This document shows, one piece after another, positions 63,744-64,000 of a DNA stretch of 64,000 nucleotides; within the stretch, counting starts at the first letter, position 1, and every line of letters starts with the position of its first letter. The notes beneath the pieces are model-generated. The model searched no databases, had not been told where the DNA came from, and worked only from the letters and a program-made list of their open reading frames with translations. The position numbers and the translations under genes are program-made. The DNA comes from an uncultured Desulfosarcina sp. (GTDB lineage: Bacteria > Desulfobacterota > Desulfobacteria > Desulfobacterales > Desulfosarcinaceae), in contig CAXXWQ010000004.1 in the NCBI GenBank assembly GCA_963674945.2, positions 864,001 through 928,000 of the forward strand. Direction: 5' to 3'.

Positions 63744-64000
63744 AAACAAAGTCTCCGATCATCACGCGATGTAAAAGCAACCCTGTCCTGACCCGTAGTG
63801 ATGTGCCCTATCCGGTGACGACTGTTCACAATGCGGGCATCGTCAAGCATGACGGTCACTACATCATGTTGTTTCGATCGCATCTGTTGAACGGACGTTC
63901 GATCATCGGTAGGGCAGACAGTCAGGATGGGTTTTCATTCACGGTTCATCCCAAGCCCTTTTTGATACCATCCACGGATACCGTTTTCGCCGAATATGAA
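63740..64000 (+). CDS. GH130-like glycosidase/phosphorylase (3' end outside window; not in the ORF track)
   Basis: AAGGAG RBS, ATGA overlap; MKTKSPIITRCKSNPVLTRSDVPYPVTTVHNAGIVKHDGHYIMLFRS...RADSQDGFSF. Confidence 0.8.
   Translation, partial: MKTKSPIITRCKSNPVLTRSDVPYPVTTVHNAGIVKHDGHYIMLFRSHLLNGRSIIGRADSQDGFSFTVHPKPFLIPSTDTVFAEYE

Overview
This 64 kb window is an accessory stress and energy island, probably from a sulfate-reducing Desulfobacterota (inferred from protein types and repeat style). Every credible gene lies on the + strand. From left to right it holds: a CheB/CheR-type sensor with a PAS-LuxR partner; a general-stress cluster (CsbD x2, BON, OmpA, small membrane proteins); a PAS-GGDEF protein; an acyl-CoA ligase/GNAT; an exported rhodanese with a YeeE/YedE pair; and a complete N-type ATPase operon (atpD-C-Q-R-B-E-F-A-G, Na+-type c subunit) split between atpA and atpG by a ~2.7 kb insert. 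Further on are kup, nhaA, cbpA-cbpM, a partly duplicated glycolytic set (pfkB, class I fba, gapN x2, gpmA, pyk x2, ptsP), two Fe-S P-loop ATPases, an orphan groEL, a PAS-sigma54 activator and a GT4/GT4/GH130 cluster. The strongest non-obvious signal is a regulatory module repeated five times: two 14-bp GGTCATATnTGACC-like boxes 3 bp apart, an IHF-like box, and a sigma54 -24/-12 site with non-canonical TTGA, with 116-119 bp from box-pair centre to the GG. One copy sits directly after the activator gene, suggesting an island-wide sigma54 regulon. A second signal is gene decay by internal deletion: condensed relics of hcp, a DUF21 gene, a 2-oxoacid oxidoreductase and a BON gene, a scrambled pfkB/nhaA patchwork, and a pfkB::GNAT chimera reframed by a 5-bp duplication. 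Two MITE/REPIN-like hairpin elements and attC-like relics are also present. All calls come from reading motifs by eye; no database searches were run.
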